Made by a program: the position numbers and the translations under genes. The notes beneath the pieces are model-generated. The model had not been told where the DNA came from. It did no database searches and was given only the letters and a program-made list of their open reading frames with translations. DNA of 64,000 nt from Fibrobacter sp. UBA4297 (GTDB lineage: Bacteria; Fibrobacterota; Fibrobacteria; Fibrobacterales; Fibrobacteraceae): positions 94,021 through 158,020 of the forward strand of contig NZ_DGUZ01000012.1 in NCBI RefSeq assembly GCF_002394865.1. The letters are read 5' to 3'. Below, one piece after another: positions 55,157 to 64,000 of the stretch; position 1 is the stretch's first letter; each line of letters begins with the position of its first letter.

Positions 55157-56356
55157 TTGAATATGAAAGACATTGTTATCGTTGCTAATTTTGTGGGTGG
55201 GTTGCATGGAACGGACAATAATCGGTTTCCGTATTTGGCAAATATGTTATGCAAGGATAACGATGTGGAATTGATTGCGTCTACATTCTGCCATGGTGAA
55301 AAGGCGCGCAGAACCAATATTCTTGATTATCCTTTTAAAGTCACTTTATTGGAAGAACCTGGTTACAAGAAAAATATTTGCCTAAAGCGGTTCTGGAGCC
55401 ATTATGTTTGGGGTAGAAATGTCATTAAATATTTAGATTCGCGCAAGAAGCCTGATGTCGTTTATTGTGCCGTTCCTTCATTAACAGCGCCTGCAAAGGT
55501 TTCAGAATATTGTAAAAAAAATGGTATCCGATTTATCGTGGATATTCAGGATTTGTGGCCAGAAGCATTTCAAATGGTTTTCAGTGTTCCTGGGCTTAAC
55601 AAACTTGTTTTTGCGCCGTTTAAACACCTTGCTAATAAAGTGTATGGCTATGCTGATGAAATTGTTGCCGTATCACAAACCTATGTAGACCTAGCTCTAT
55701 CGGTGAATAAAAAAGGTGCTAAAGGTCTTTCAGCTTTTATAGGGACGAATCTTAAAACATTCGATGAAAATGTTAGGAATAATATTGAGCACATCAAACA
55801 AAAAATTCACAAAAATGATGAAATATGGCTTGGATATTGTGGTACATTAGGTAAAAGTTATGATTTACCAACTGTATTTAATGCATTATCTGTTCTTCGT
55901 TCTCAGGGGAAAAATGTTCCAAAGTTTATTGTAATGGGTGATGGTCCCAAGAGAAATGAATTTGAAACAATTGCATCATCAAAAGAATTAGACGTGCTAT
56001 TTACAGGCCGAATTCCCTATGAAGAAATGTGTGCATTGCTGTTCTTGTGCGATATTGTAGTTAATCCTATTGTTGGAACGTCTGTTGCGAGCATCATAAA
56101 TAAACATGCTGATTATGCTGCTGTCGGTAGGCCTGTTATTAACACTCAAAATAGTGATGAATATCGGAATTTAATTGAATCCTACAATATGGGGTATAAT
56201 TGCAAGAATGGAGACTTTAATGCTATGGCAACCTACATAGAACAATTAGAAAATGATTCTTTGTTAAGATTTTCTATGGGAAAAAATGCTCGTAAGTGCG
56301 CTGAAGAAAAATTCGATCGTAATAATACGTATTGTCAAATAATGGACTTGCTGTGA
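55157..56356 (+). CDS. GT4-family glycosyltransferase
   Basis: GT-B layout with an alternative ATG at 55163. Confidence 0.6.
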   Translation: MNMKDIVIVANFVGGLHGTDNNRFPYLANMLCKDNDVELIASTFCHGEKARRTNILDYPFKVTLLEEPGYKKNICLKRFWSHYVWGRNVIKYLDSRKKPDVVYCAVPSLTAPAKVSEYCKKNGIRFIVDIQDLWPEAFQMVFSVPGLNKLVFAPFKHLANKVYGYADEIVAVSQTYVDLALSVNKKGAKGLSAFIGTNLKTFDENVRNNIEHIKQKIHKNDEIWLGYCGTLGKSYDLPTVFNALSVLRSQGKNVPKFIVMGDGPKRNEFETIASSKELDVLFTGRIPYEEMCALLFLCDIVVNPIVGTSVASIINKHADYAAVGRPVINTQNSDEYRNLIESYNMGYNCKNGDFNAMATYIEQLENDSLLRFSMGKNARKCAEEKFDRNNTYCQIMDLL

Positions 56357-57633
56357 AAATATTGATTATTTCTCATAATTCTTTCTCAACTTTTCAAAGT
56401 ATGGGCAAAACATTTTGCTCGTTATTTTCAGCATTTCAAAGAAGAGAATTATGTCAATTTTACATTTATCCTACAATACCAGATGTTAATGCTTGTAACT
56501 CTTATTATAGGATAACAGATAGAGATGTCCTTCATTTTTTTAAGAAGTTTAAAGTTTATGGGAAGGAAATAAAAATAAATCCTGCAAGTAATCTAAATCA
56601 TAAACTTTTTGAAAATAGGAATGATGAATCGTTTTACAGAAATAAAAAAAATCGTTCAGCATTTAGAAGTCTTGCTCGAGATTTCTTGTGGACGATAACA
56701 CCTTGGTTTAACGGATCTTTAAGGGAATGGTTGCGAAAAGAACAAATAACGCACATTTTTATTGCTCCAGGTGGTTATAAATTTATTTATAATATTGCTT
56801 TAAAATGTAGCCGTTTCCTTAATGTTCCTATTGTCACTTATGTTTGTGATGAGTATTTTTTTACGTCGCCTCAAAAAGGAATTGTTGATAAAATCAAGGA
56901 TATTTTGCTAAAACGAAAAATGAAGCAATTAATGAGTAAAACATCGCTAATTGTAACGATTTCCGAAGAACTTAAAAATATATACGAGCCATATTTTAAG
57001 AAACCTACAAAAGTCATCATGACGGGGACATCATTTCCAATAGCTTCGGTTCCTTTACAAAGGGGAACTATTAAAGAATTGACTTATATGGGAAATATTA
57101 GATGTAATCGCTATATATCCTTGTGCGATATTGGAGATGCCCTTGATGAAATAAATAAAGAATATAATAAAAATTATTCATTGAATATATATAGTGGTGA
57201 GAACGATGAAGGTATACTAAATGAATTGAGAAAACGTAAATCAATTAAATTGAATGGATTTATTTCTGGAGATAAATTTAGACAGGTTTTTTATTCGGCT
57301 CAATGTTTGTTGCATGTGGAAGCGTTTGACAAAAAATCAATTGATCTTGTAAAAAACTCAATTTCTACAAAAATTGCCGATTCTCTAGGTTCCGGAATTT
57401 TACTACTTGCATATGGGCCTTCTCAAATTGCATCTATGGAGCATTTGAGAAGAAATAATTGTGCAGTGCTTGTAGACAATAAGGATAAGTTAAAGAATAC
57501 TCTGTTCAAAATAGTTTCTATGTCAGAAAGCGATCGTTCTGTTATTATAAGTAATGCTCTTGCAACAGCGAATATATACCACGATGCAAACACTAATGGA
57601 ACTGAATTGTTAAACGCAATTGCAGAAATATAA
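56332..57633 (+). CDS. Putative glycosyltransferase-like protein (family uncertain)
   Basis: KILIISHNSFS start typical of GT-B-like capsule proteins. A possible GTG start at 56353 overlaps the upstream TGA. Confidence 0.4.
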   Translation: MSNNGLAVKILIISHNSFSTFQSMGKTFCSLFSAFQRRELCQFYIYPTIPDVNACNSYYRITDRDVLHFFKKFKVYGKEIKINPASNLNHKLFENRNDESFYRNKKNRSAFRSLARDFLWTITPWFNGSLREWLRKEQITHIFIAPGGYKFIYNIALKCSRFLNVPIVTYVCDEYFFTSPQKGIVDKIKDILLKRKMKQLMSKTSLIVTISEELKNIYEPYFKKPTKVIMTGTSFPIASVPLQRGTIKELTYMGNIRCNRYISLCDIGDALDEINKEYNKNYSLNIYSGENDEGILNELRKRKSIKLNGFISGDKFRQVFYSAQCLLHVEAFDKKSIDLVKNSISTKIADSLGSGILLLAYGPSQIASMEHLRRNNCAVLVDNKDKLKNTLFKIVSMSESDRSVIISNALATANIYHDANTNGTELLNAIAEI

Positions 57634-58702
57634 GGCGATTATGGCTATTTACTATCTATTATTTTTAAGTTTTGCTTACTTTTATATCCTTTTTTCTAAA
57701 GTTACAATTTGTGGGAATGATAGGATTATTCGATCTTGTATTTATGGTGGTGCAATCCTTTGTCTTTTAGCATTCCGACACCCATCGATGGGTATTGATT
57801 TAGGATATGGAGGATTTGGAGGATACCTAGGATCCTTTCAGTATATTTCTTCCCTTTCCTTTTCACAAGTTATAGCTTTACCAAGCTTTTTAAACTACGA
57901 AAAAGGGTATGTATTTTTTAATTGGTTTTTGGGCTTCTTTGGTAATAATTATCAGATTTTATTAATTGCTTGTGCGATTGTATCTATTGTGCCTATAATC
58001 ATTCTTTTCTATAAAGAAAGTGAGTCAATCGAATTATCATACATTATTTACTTGTCTCTACAATCTTTTTTAATATGCTTCTCTGGATTAAGACAAGGAA
58101 TTTCAGTTGGCATTTGTATGATAGCTTTTTTATTTATACAAGAACACCGTTATAAAATTTTTGTTATTCTTGTTTTTTTAGCAATGTCATTTCATTCATC
58201 TGCAGTTTTGTTTTTTTTGGCTTATCCATTGTATTACATAAAAATATCAAAAAAAGGTCGCTGGATTTCTGTAGTTGCCATTATTCTAACATTTGCATTA
58301 AAGATTCCTTTGTTTAATGTTCTAAGTAAAGTATTTAAATCCAATGTTCAAATTCAAGAAACGGGTGCATTTACTTTTTTTTGTATTTTTAGTTTAATAT
58401 ATGTTTTTTGTTTTTTATTTGCAGAAGAAAATGAAAAAAATAATGGAATGCTAAACCTTGTGCTTATAGCATGTTTTCTTACTTCTTTTTCAGGAGTTTA
58501 TTCCATAGCTATGAGAACCAGCTATTATTTTATGAATATGATGCCTTTAATATTACCAGCAACATTGAAAAATATTAATAACAAATATTTTTCATTATCC
58601 ACCAAACTTGTTGTTGTTCTTGCTTTTGGCTTATTTGCTTTAAATAGCTATTACTCATCGTCATGGGCAAAATCTTATCCTTATATTTTTTTTTGGAATT
58701 AG
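57620..58702 (+). CDS. EpsG/Wzy-like polysaccharide polymerase
   Basis: About 10 TM helices in a very AT-rich segment, and 360 aa. Confidence 0.55.
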   Translation: MQKYKAIMAIYYLLFLSFAYFYILFSKVTICGNDRIIRSCIYGGAILCLLAFRHPSMGIDLGYGGFGGYLGSFQYISSLSFSQVIALPSFLNYEKGYVFFNWFLGFFGNNYQILLIACAIVSIVPIIILFYKESESIELSYIIYLSLQSFLICFSGLRQGISVGICMIAFLFIQEHRYKIFVILVFLAMSFHSSAVLFFLAYPLYYIKISKKGRWISVVAIILTFALKIPLFNVLSKVFKSNVQIQETGAFTFFCIFSLIYVFCFLFAEENEKNNGMLNLVLIACFLTSFSGVYSIAMRTSYYFMNMMPLILPATLKNINNKYFSLSTKLVVVLAFGLFALNSYYSSSWAKSYPYIFFWN

Positions 58703-58711
58703 GACATTCTA

Positions 58712-59917
58712 ATGCTCATATCCATGATTAATACTGTAGATTACGGTAGCACCGGCAAAATCATGCTACAGCTAAAAAAAGTGGCTGAAAAACACGGATT
58801 CACTGTTGATACCTATTCTCGAAAATGGTTTAATTCAAAAAAGAAAACATCTCACAATTATTTTGGTTTTCTAATCGAAAATGTATTGCACCGTATTTTT
58901 TCGCCATTGTTAGGGTGTGAATCATTGATGTCATTTTTCGGAACAATATTTTTGTGCAGAAAGCTGAAAAAAAATAAGACAGAACTGATTCATTTACATA
59001 ATTTACATGGTCATTTCATTTGTTTACCAATCCTTTTTAGATTTATAAAAAAAAATAGTATTCCTGTAATATGGACTCTGCATGATTGTTGGAGTCTTAC
59101 AGGACGATGCCCACATTTTGTCTTAGCAAAATGCGATAGATGGAAAAAAGGCTGTCACGATTGTCCATACCCCAAGAGAGATTATCCTCAGTCATATATC
59201 GACACGTCTCGCATGATGTGGAATCTGAAAAAGAAATATTTTACTGGAATAAAGCAATGTGTTTTAGTAACACCTTCACAATGGCTTGGTTATTTGACGA
59301 AGCAATCGTATCTCAAAGATTATCCTGTTAAAGTAATAATTAGTGGCATAGATCTTTCCATATTTAAACCCACGGAAAGCGATTTTTGCAAAAAATATGG
59401 ACTGGCGGACAAGAAAATTGTTCTTGGGGTTGCTTTTGGTTGGGGCATCCGCAAAGGTCTTGATGTTTTCATTGAACTTGCAAAACGTTTGCCTGATGAT
59501 TACCGAATCGTATTGGTTGGCACCGATGATAACGTGGATAAAAAGTTACCGTTAAACATTATTTCAATCCATCGTACTCAAAATCAGAAGGAACTTGCTG
59601 AAATTTATACTGCTGCAGATGTTTTTGCAAACCCTACAAGGGAAGAAGTTCTTGGTATGGTGAATGTGGAATCTCTGGCCTGCGGAACACCTGTGGTAAC
59701 ATTTAGAACAGGCGGAAGTCCCGAATGCATTGATGAAACCTGTGGTTCTGTTGTTGATTGCGATGATGTAGATACTATGGAATCTGAAATTTGCAGAATA
59801 TGTGACGAAAAACCATATTCCATGGAAGCATGCATTGCTAGATCAAAAAAGTTTGATATGAACGATCGTTTTGAAGAATATGTGAAATTATATAAAATTA
59901 GTGGAGGTTTCCTATGA
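58712..59917 (+). CDS. GT4-family glycosyltransferase
   Basis: EX7E-type block EEVLGMVNVESLACGTPVV. Confidence 0.75.
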   Translation: MLISMINTVDYGSTGKIMLQLKKVAEKHGFTVDTYSRKWFNSKKKTSHNYFGFLIENVLHRIFSPLLGCESLMSFFGTIFLCRKLKKNKTELIHLHNLHGHFICLPILFRFIKKNSIPVIWTLHDCWSLTGRCPHFVLAKCDRWKKGCHDCPYPKRDYPQSYIDTSRMMWNLKKKYFTGIKQCVLVTPSQWLGYLTKQSYLKDYPVKVIISGIDLSIFKPTESDFCKKYGLADKKIVLGVAFGWGIRKGLDVFIELAKRLPDDYRIVLVGTDDNVDKKLPLNIISIHRTQNQKELAEIYTAADVFANPTREEVLGMVNVESLACGTPVVTFRTGGSPECIDETCGSVVDCDDVDTMESEICRICDEKPYSMEACIARSKKFDMNDRFEEYVKLYKISGGFL

Positions 59918-60801
59918 AATTTGCCTTTGTCATTCTTCATTATAATGTTGTTGCTGAAACCGAGCGCTGTATTAACTCAATTCTAGAAAAATGTGATCAA
60001 AGGAATTTTATTGTTATTGTTGTTGACAATAACAGTCCTAATGGTAGTGGCGTGTTTCTGAAAAGGGAATATGAGAATTTTTCCAATATAGAAGTTCTTT
60101 TAAATGAAAAAAATCTTGGCTTTGCAAGAGGAAACAATGTTGGCATATATTGTGCTCGTGAAAAATACAACGCCGATTTCGTCATTGTTCTAAATAATGA
60201 CACTTATCTCATTCAAGAAAATTTTTGCTCAGTTATCCTAGAAGAGTGGGGAAAAAGTAAGTTCGCCGTAATGGGACCGTACGTTGCAACATATGGTGGT
60301 AAAAATCAGAACCCGATGCATACGGAATTAAACACTATAAAAAAGGTAAATACAACGTTGCGGCGTACGTTTTTCGCCCTTATTCGAGCTTATTGTGGCG
60401 TTGATATTTTATGGAATACAATTAAATCATTTGTAAAAACAATAATAAGGGGTCCCCAGAATGTAACGGTTGACGAAATTAGACAAGAAAATGTAAAACT
60501 ACACGGCTGCTGTTATGTTTTTTCTCCAAAATTCTTTGAGCATTTTAAAGGCTTTGATCCACGAACATTTATGTATGCGGAAGAAGACATTTTATTAGCT
60601 CAAATTAGAAGTAAGCACCTCCTTACAGTCTATAATCCTAATCTAAAAATTTTTCATGCAGAAAAAGCGGCAACCAAGTCAACATTGAAAACAAATCGAA
60701 AAAAGAAAATTTTTGAATGTAAAGAAAGTATTAAATCACTTAAAATATTGCGAATTGTATTGAATGAATGTATAAAAGAACCTGTTAAGGTAAACCAATA
60801 G
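59914..60801 (+). CDS. GT2-family glycosyltransferase
   Basis: Motifs VILHYN...VVDNNSPNGSG and ARGNN. Confidence 0.75.
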   Translation: MKFAFVILHYNVVAETERCINSILEKCDQRNFIVIVVDNNSPNGSGVFLKREYENFSNIEVLLNEKNLGFARGNNVGIYCAREKYNADFVIVLNNDTYLIQENFCSVILEEWGKSKFAVMGPYVATYGGKNQNPMHTELNTIKKVNTTLRRTFFALIRAYCGVDILWNTIKSFVKTIIRGPQNVTVDEIRQENVKLHGCCYVFSPKFFEHFKGFDPRTFMYAEEDILLAQIRSKHLLTVYNPNLKIFHAEKAATKSTLKTNRKKKIFECKESIKSLKILRIVLNECIKEPVKVNQ

Positions 60802-60806
60802 GATTA

Positions 60807-61715
60807 ATGATGAAAATTCAAAGTTGCATTGACGCCATAGAAAAGCAAAATGAAGAAATCGTTCGTTTACAAAATCCATGTAATCGTAAAATTGCATTAA
60901 ACTTTTTATTTTCGTTGTTCAGTTTTAAAAGAATACTTTCTTTTATCCAAAGTCGCAGTCTCTTAAAAAAATTAGCAAAAGGAAAAAAAGAAGATTTAAC
61001 GCCCGTTTTTTACGCCAAAGGTTCATTTCTAGATGTATCAAAAAAAGTCGCTGTTTATACGTGCATTACCAATGGCTACGACAATGTAAACAACCCAATT
61101 TTGATTGACGACGATATGGATTATTTTTGCATTTCCGATTCGTCTAAAAAAACAAAATCCATATGGCAACATTTAGAAATTCCAGCCACAGCATCAAAAT
61201 ATGATTATGCAATGATAAATCGATTTTGCAAATTGAATCCATGGAATATCTTCAATGCATACGATTACGCAATTTATATAGACGGAAATATTGACATTTG
61301 TTCTGACATTCGTTGTCTATGCCCTATTGCTCATAATTCTAAAATAGGCATAGCCATGCATACTCATGATTATCGTGATTGCGTCTACAAAGAAGCAGAA
61401 GCTTGTGAGGTTTTAAAACGAGGGAATTTGGGCGCGATAAAAACTCAAATGACCAAATACCGTCAAGAGGGTTTTCCAGAACATTTTGGAATGATTGAAG
61501 CTACTATTATTGTTGTTGATCTAAAAAACGATATTGCAAAGAAAATCATGACAGCATGGTGGAATGAATTATTGCAGTCTGGTAGCGGACGGGATCAATT
61601 ATCATTCCCATATGTTTTATGGAAAAACGGTTTCAAAATTTCAGATGTCGGATACCTAGGTAATAATAGAAGAAAAAATCCTAAATTTAGAACAAGAAAA
61701 CATTTTAATGAATAG
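60807..61715 (+). CDS. DUF616-like glycosyltransferase-domain protein
   Basis: VAVYTCITNGYDNV block. Confidence 0.45.
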   Translation: MMKIQSCIDAIEKQNEEIVRLQNPCNRKIALNFLFSLFSFKRILSFIQSRSLLKKLAKGKKEDLTPVFYAKGSFLDVSKKVAVYTCITNGYDNVNNPILIDDDMDYFCISDSSKKTKSIWQHLEIPATASKYDYAMINRFCKLNPWNIFNAYDYAIYIDGNIDICSDIRCLCPIAHNSKIGIAMHTHDYRDCVYKEAEACEVLKRGNLGAIKTQMTKYRQEGFPEHFGMIEATIIVVDLKNDIAKKIMTAWWNELLQSGSGRDQLSFPYVLWKNGFKISDVGYLGNNRRKNPKFRTRKHFNE

Positions 61716-61736
61716 AGCAGGAGCAAAGTTTAATAT

Positions 61737-62522
61737 ATGATTGATGTTTCCATTGTTGTTCCAGTTTACAATGCGGAAAAATATCTTGACAATTGTATTC
61801 AAAGTTTAGTCAATCAATCTGTGATTAACATTGAAATCATTCTCGTTAATGACGGCTCAAAAGATAGAAGCTTAGAAATCATGGAGTCGTGGAAGAAAAC
61901 AGATTCACGAATAATTTGTATTGACCAGGAAAATCAAGGCGTCACGCAGGCTAGAAAAAAAGGTGTTGACATCGCAAATGGCGAATGGATAACATTTGTT
62001 GATGCTGATGATGAACTTCCCCCTCAGGCAATTGAGATTTTGTTAAATGCAAGCTATGGTTTTGATCTCGTTATTGGACATATGCAGACTAATCTTAACT
62101 GGACTTTTCCAAAAATTAATACAGAATGGACTCAGAAAGAATACATACATCGCCTTCTAGCAAAGCGTTCCGTTCATTGGGGGCCTGTGGCAAAACTTTT
62201 TCTAAAAAAATTAATGGACGACACGATGTTTGACATTCCGCGGGGTATAACAAATGGAGAAGATTTCATATTTAATTTAAGATATGCAAAAAAAGCAAGG
62301 TCAATAAAAATCATAGATAATGATGTTTATCAATATACTTGGAGAGAGGGGTCGGCAACCTCTAACAATCCGTATAAATCAGTACGATATTGCCTGTTGT
62401 ATGAGAAAGAAGTGTGGAAGTCTTTTAAAGGAGTTCGAATAAGATACCTATACGACTATTGTTGTCGAACTTTAAAAACAATTTACCGTTACTTTAGATT
62501 GATTACGAAAGGTAAAGCATGA
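61737..62522 (+). CDS. GT2-family glycosyltransferase
   Basis: Motifs VSIVVPVYNAEKYL, LVNDGSKD and DADD. Confidence 0.8.
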   Translation: MIDVSIVVPVYNAEKYLDNCIQSLVNQSVINIEIILVNDGSKDRSLEIMESWKKTDSRIICIDQENQGVTQARKKGVDIANGEWITFVDADDELPPQAIEILLNASYGFDLVIGHMQTNLNWTFPKINTEWTQKEYIHRLLAKRSVHWGPVAKLFLKKLMDDTMFDIPRGITNGEDFIFNLRYAKKARSIKIIDNDVYQYTWREGSATSNNPYKSVRYCLLYEKEVWKSFKGVRIRYLYDYCCRTLKTIYRYFRLITKGKA

Positions 62523-63598
62523 ACTATTTTACAATTACATTCTTCAATGCTTTAAATTATGGGGCTTTTTTGCAGTGCTTCGCTTTGCAAAGACAAATTG
62601 TGCACTCTAGAGTTCTTGCAATCAAACAAAATAATTTATTATGTGTTCAAAAACAAACCAAAGAACGCCATCCTGTTCTTTGGCCTTTTATTTTATTTTA
62701 CCATTATACAAAAAAACATTTGCATAGGATAATCAATCCTCTTTTTAAAGACTGGCGAAATATACAATCACTTGAATGTTTGAATATTTCAGAATGTGAA
62801 TCGGTTCTAAAAGCTGGATCAATCATTGTTGTTGGAAGTGACCAGGTGTGGAATCCCGATTTTACGCCTAATTTGGAAGATTTTTATTTCGCTAATTTTT
62901 CAGGAAATCATATTCATAGAATTTCATATGCGGCTTCTTTAGGGAAAAATCGTTGGCCGGAAGAATTTGAAAAAAAGGTAACGCCATTGCTTCAAAAGTT
63001 TGATGCTATAAGTGTTCGAGAAGAATCCTCCGTTTCCTATTTAAACGAATTAGGCGTAAAAGATGTTACTTGTGTTTGTGATCCGACGATTTTGCATAAA
63101 GCAGACTTCTATCGGGAAAATTTCCGTTATAAACGGATTCATGGTAAATACACTTTCGTCTACCGTATACGGGAAAATGTGCCAGATTCAATAAGGTCTA
63201 TTCTTTGTAATCATATAAAAGAGGTGTACCTTAAAGATGAAAAAACAATTGTTTCTGTATCAAAATGGTTGCAGTACATTGATTGTTCAAAGTTTGTTGT
63301 TACAGATTCTTTTCATTGCGTTGTTTTTTGTCTTTTATTCCATAAACCTTTTTTGGTAATTCTTAACCGTGCAAAACAAGTTGGGATGAATGAGCGGTTT
63401 TCAACTTTGTTAGGCAAAGTGGGTCTAGATTATCGATGCTTGTCCGGTAAAGAAAATCCTTCAACCTTGAACAAACTTCTTAATGCTGAAATTGATTGGA
63501 ATAAAGTTGACTTAATTATTGATGCATGGAGGCAATCCTCATTGAATTGGTTAAAAAAGCACTTGATAAACAGTTGTAATTTTTTAAGGAACGTATAA
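62519..63598 (+). CDS. Polysaccharide pyruvyl transferase family protein
   Basis: [12 protein letters not shown]-terminal block and the VVTDSFH block. Confidence 0.65.
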   Translation: MNYFTITFFNALNYGAFLQCFALQRQIVHSRVLAIKQNNLLCVQKQTKERHPVLWPFILFYHYTKKHLHRIINPLFKDWRNIQSLECLNISECESVLKAGSIIVVGSDQVWNPDFTPNLEDFYFANFSGNHIHRISYAASLGKNRWPEEFEKKVTPLLQKFDAISVREESSVSYLNELGVKDVTCVCDPTILHKADFYRENFRYKRIHGKYTFVYRIRENVPDSIRSILCNHIKEVYLKDEKTIVSVSKWLQYIDCSKFVVTDSFHCVVFCLLFHKPFLVILNRAKQVGMNERFSTLLGKVGLDYRCLSGKENPSTLNKLLNAEIDWNKVDLIIDAWRQSSLNWLKKHLINSCNFLRNV

Positions 63599-64000
63599 TG
63601 CTGCATTTGATCCATAAAATATTTCGGAAAGTATTTCCCTTAAAAAATAATGTCTATTACTTTAAGTCGGGGGGGGGGCGCCTTGGGAAAAATTGTGAAA
63701 TTTTTCCAGATGTGTTTTTTGGATCAGAACCCTATCTTATTGAAATAGGAGATAACGTAAGAATTTCTTACGGCGTAAAATTTGCTACACACGATGGAGG
63801 CGTGTGGACCTTAAGAAAGAATGGTATACTTGTGGATGCCGACGTCTTTGGAATGATAAAGATTGGGGATAATTGTAATATCGGATGGAACGCCATCATT
63901 TTACCGGGTGTTACAATTGGTAAGAACTGTGTTGTCGGAGCAGGAGCTATTGTAACGAAAGATGTTCCTGATAATTCTGTAGTTGCAGGATGCCCAGCAA
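63598..64000 (+). CDS. Hexapeptide-repeat (LbH) O-acetyltransferase, 3'-truncated by the window end
   Basis: My own translation gives [59 protein letters not shown]...[36 protein letters not shown]. The ATG overlaps the upstream TAA (TAATG). The ORF track omits it because no stop lies inside the window. Confidence 0.75.
   Translation, partial: MLHLIHKIFRKVFPLKNNVYYFKSGGGRLGKNCEIFPDVFFGSEPYLIEIGDNVRISYGVKFATHDGGVWTLRKNGILVDADVFGMIKIGDNCNIGWNAIILPGVTIGKNCVVGAGAIVTKDVPDNSVVAGCPA
63669..63678 (+). repeat. Homopolymeric G10 tract inside the acetyltransferase CDS (codons 24-27)
   Basis: 10 consecutive G in an AT-rich gene. The frame is open at this length. Confidence 0.95.

Overview
This is a 64-kb chromosomal window from a Gram-negative bacterium. 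By eye, housekeeping genes are mid-GC. Gene content, TAnnTTTG-type promoter boxes and the intergenic repeat vocabulary suggest an FCB-group organism, possibly Fibrobacter; this is a low-confidence inference. Positions 1-43.5 kb are mostly minus-strand housekeeping genes: tRNA-Glu, ppiD-like, nadB, a Ser/Thr kinase, cvpA, purL, hisD, cimA-like, slyD, nadE, dnaA, a U32 peptidase, pilT and ribE-ribBA-ribH-nusB. This part also holds surface lipoproteins and a DUF2723 (GT-C-like) gene with three GT2 glycosyltransferases. Positions 43.6-64 kb are a compositionally mosaic surface-polysaccharide locus. It contains fnlA/B/C-like genes, a DegT aminotransferase, a PglC-like initiating transferase, GNAT, PLP-fold and ATP-grasp genes, several GTs, a Wzy/EpsG-like polymerase, a pyruvyl transferase and an acetyltransferase. 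A PIN toxin-antitoxin pair and an AT-rich two-gene ATPase + TOPRIM-like cassette (candidate defence system) interrupt this locus. The main hunt results are: (1) heptad-phased stop-codon arrays (TAGNNNN)n at seven loci, three starting at a CDS stop codon; (2) a TAGACGAAAG hairpin module with compensatory stem changes; (3) transcript-co-oriented GTCATYCC elements, one embedded in-frame in fnlB; (4) TAnnTTTG boxes 4-6 nt from ATGs, implying leaderless mRNAs; (5) a G10 tract inside an acetyltransferase CDS and a C11 tract upstream of the aminotransferase, suggesting phase variation. All product calls come from motif recognition by eye. Coordinates were hand-counted and no database search was run.
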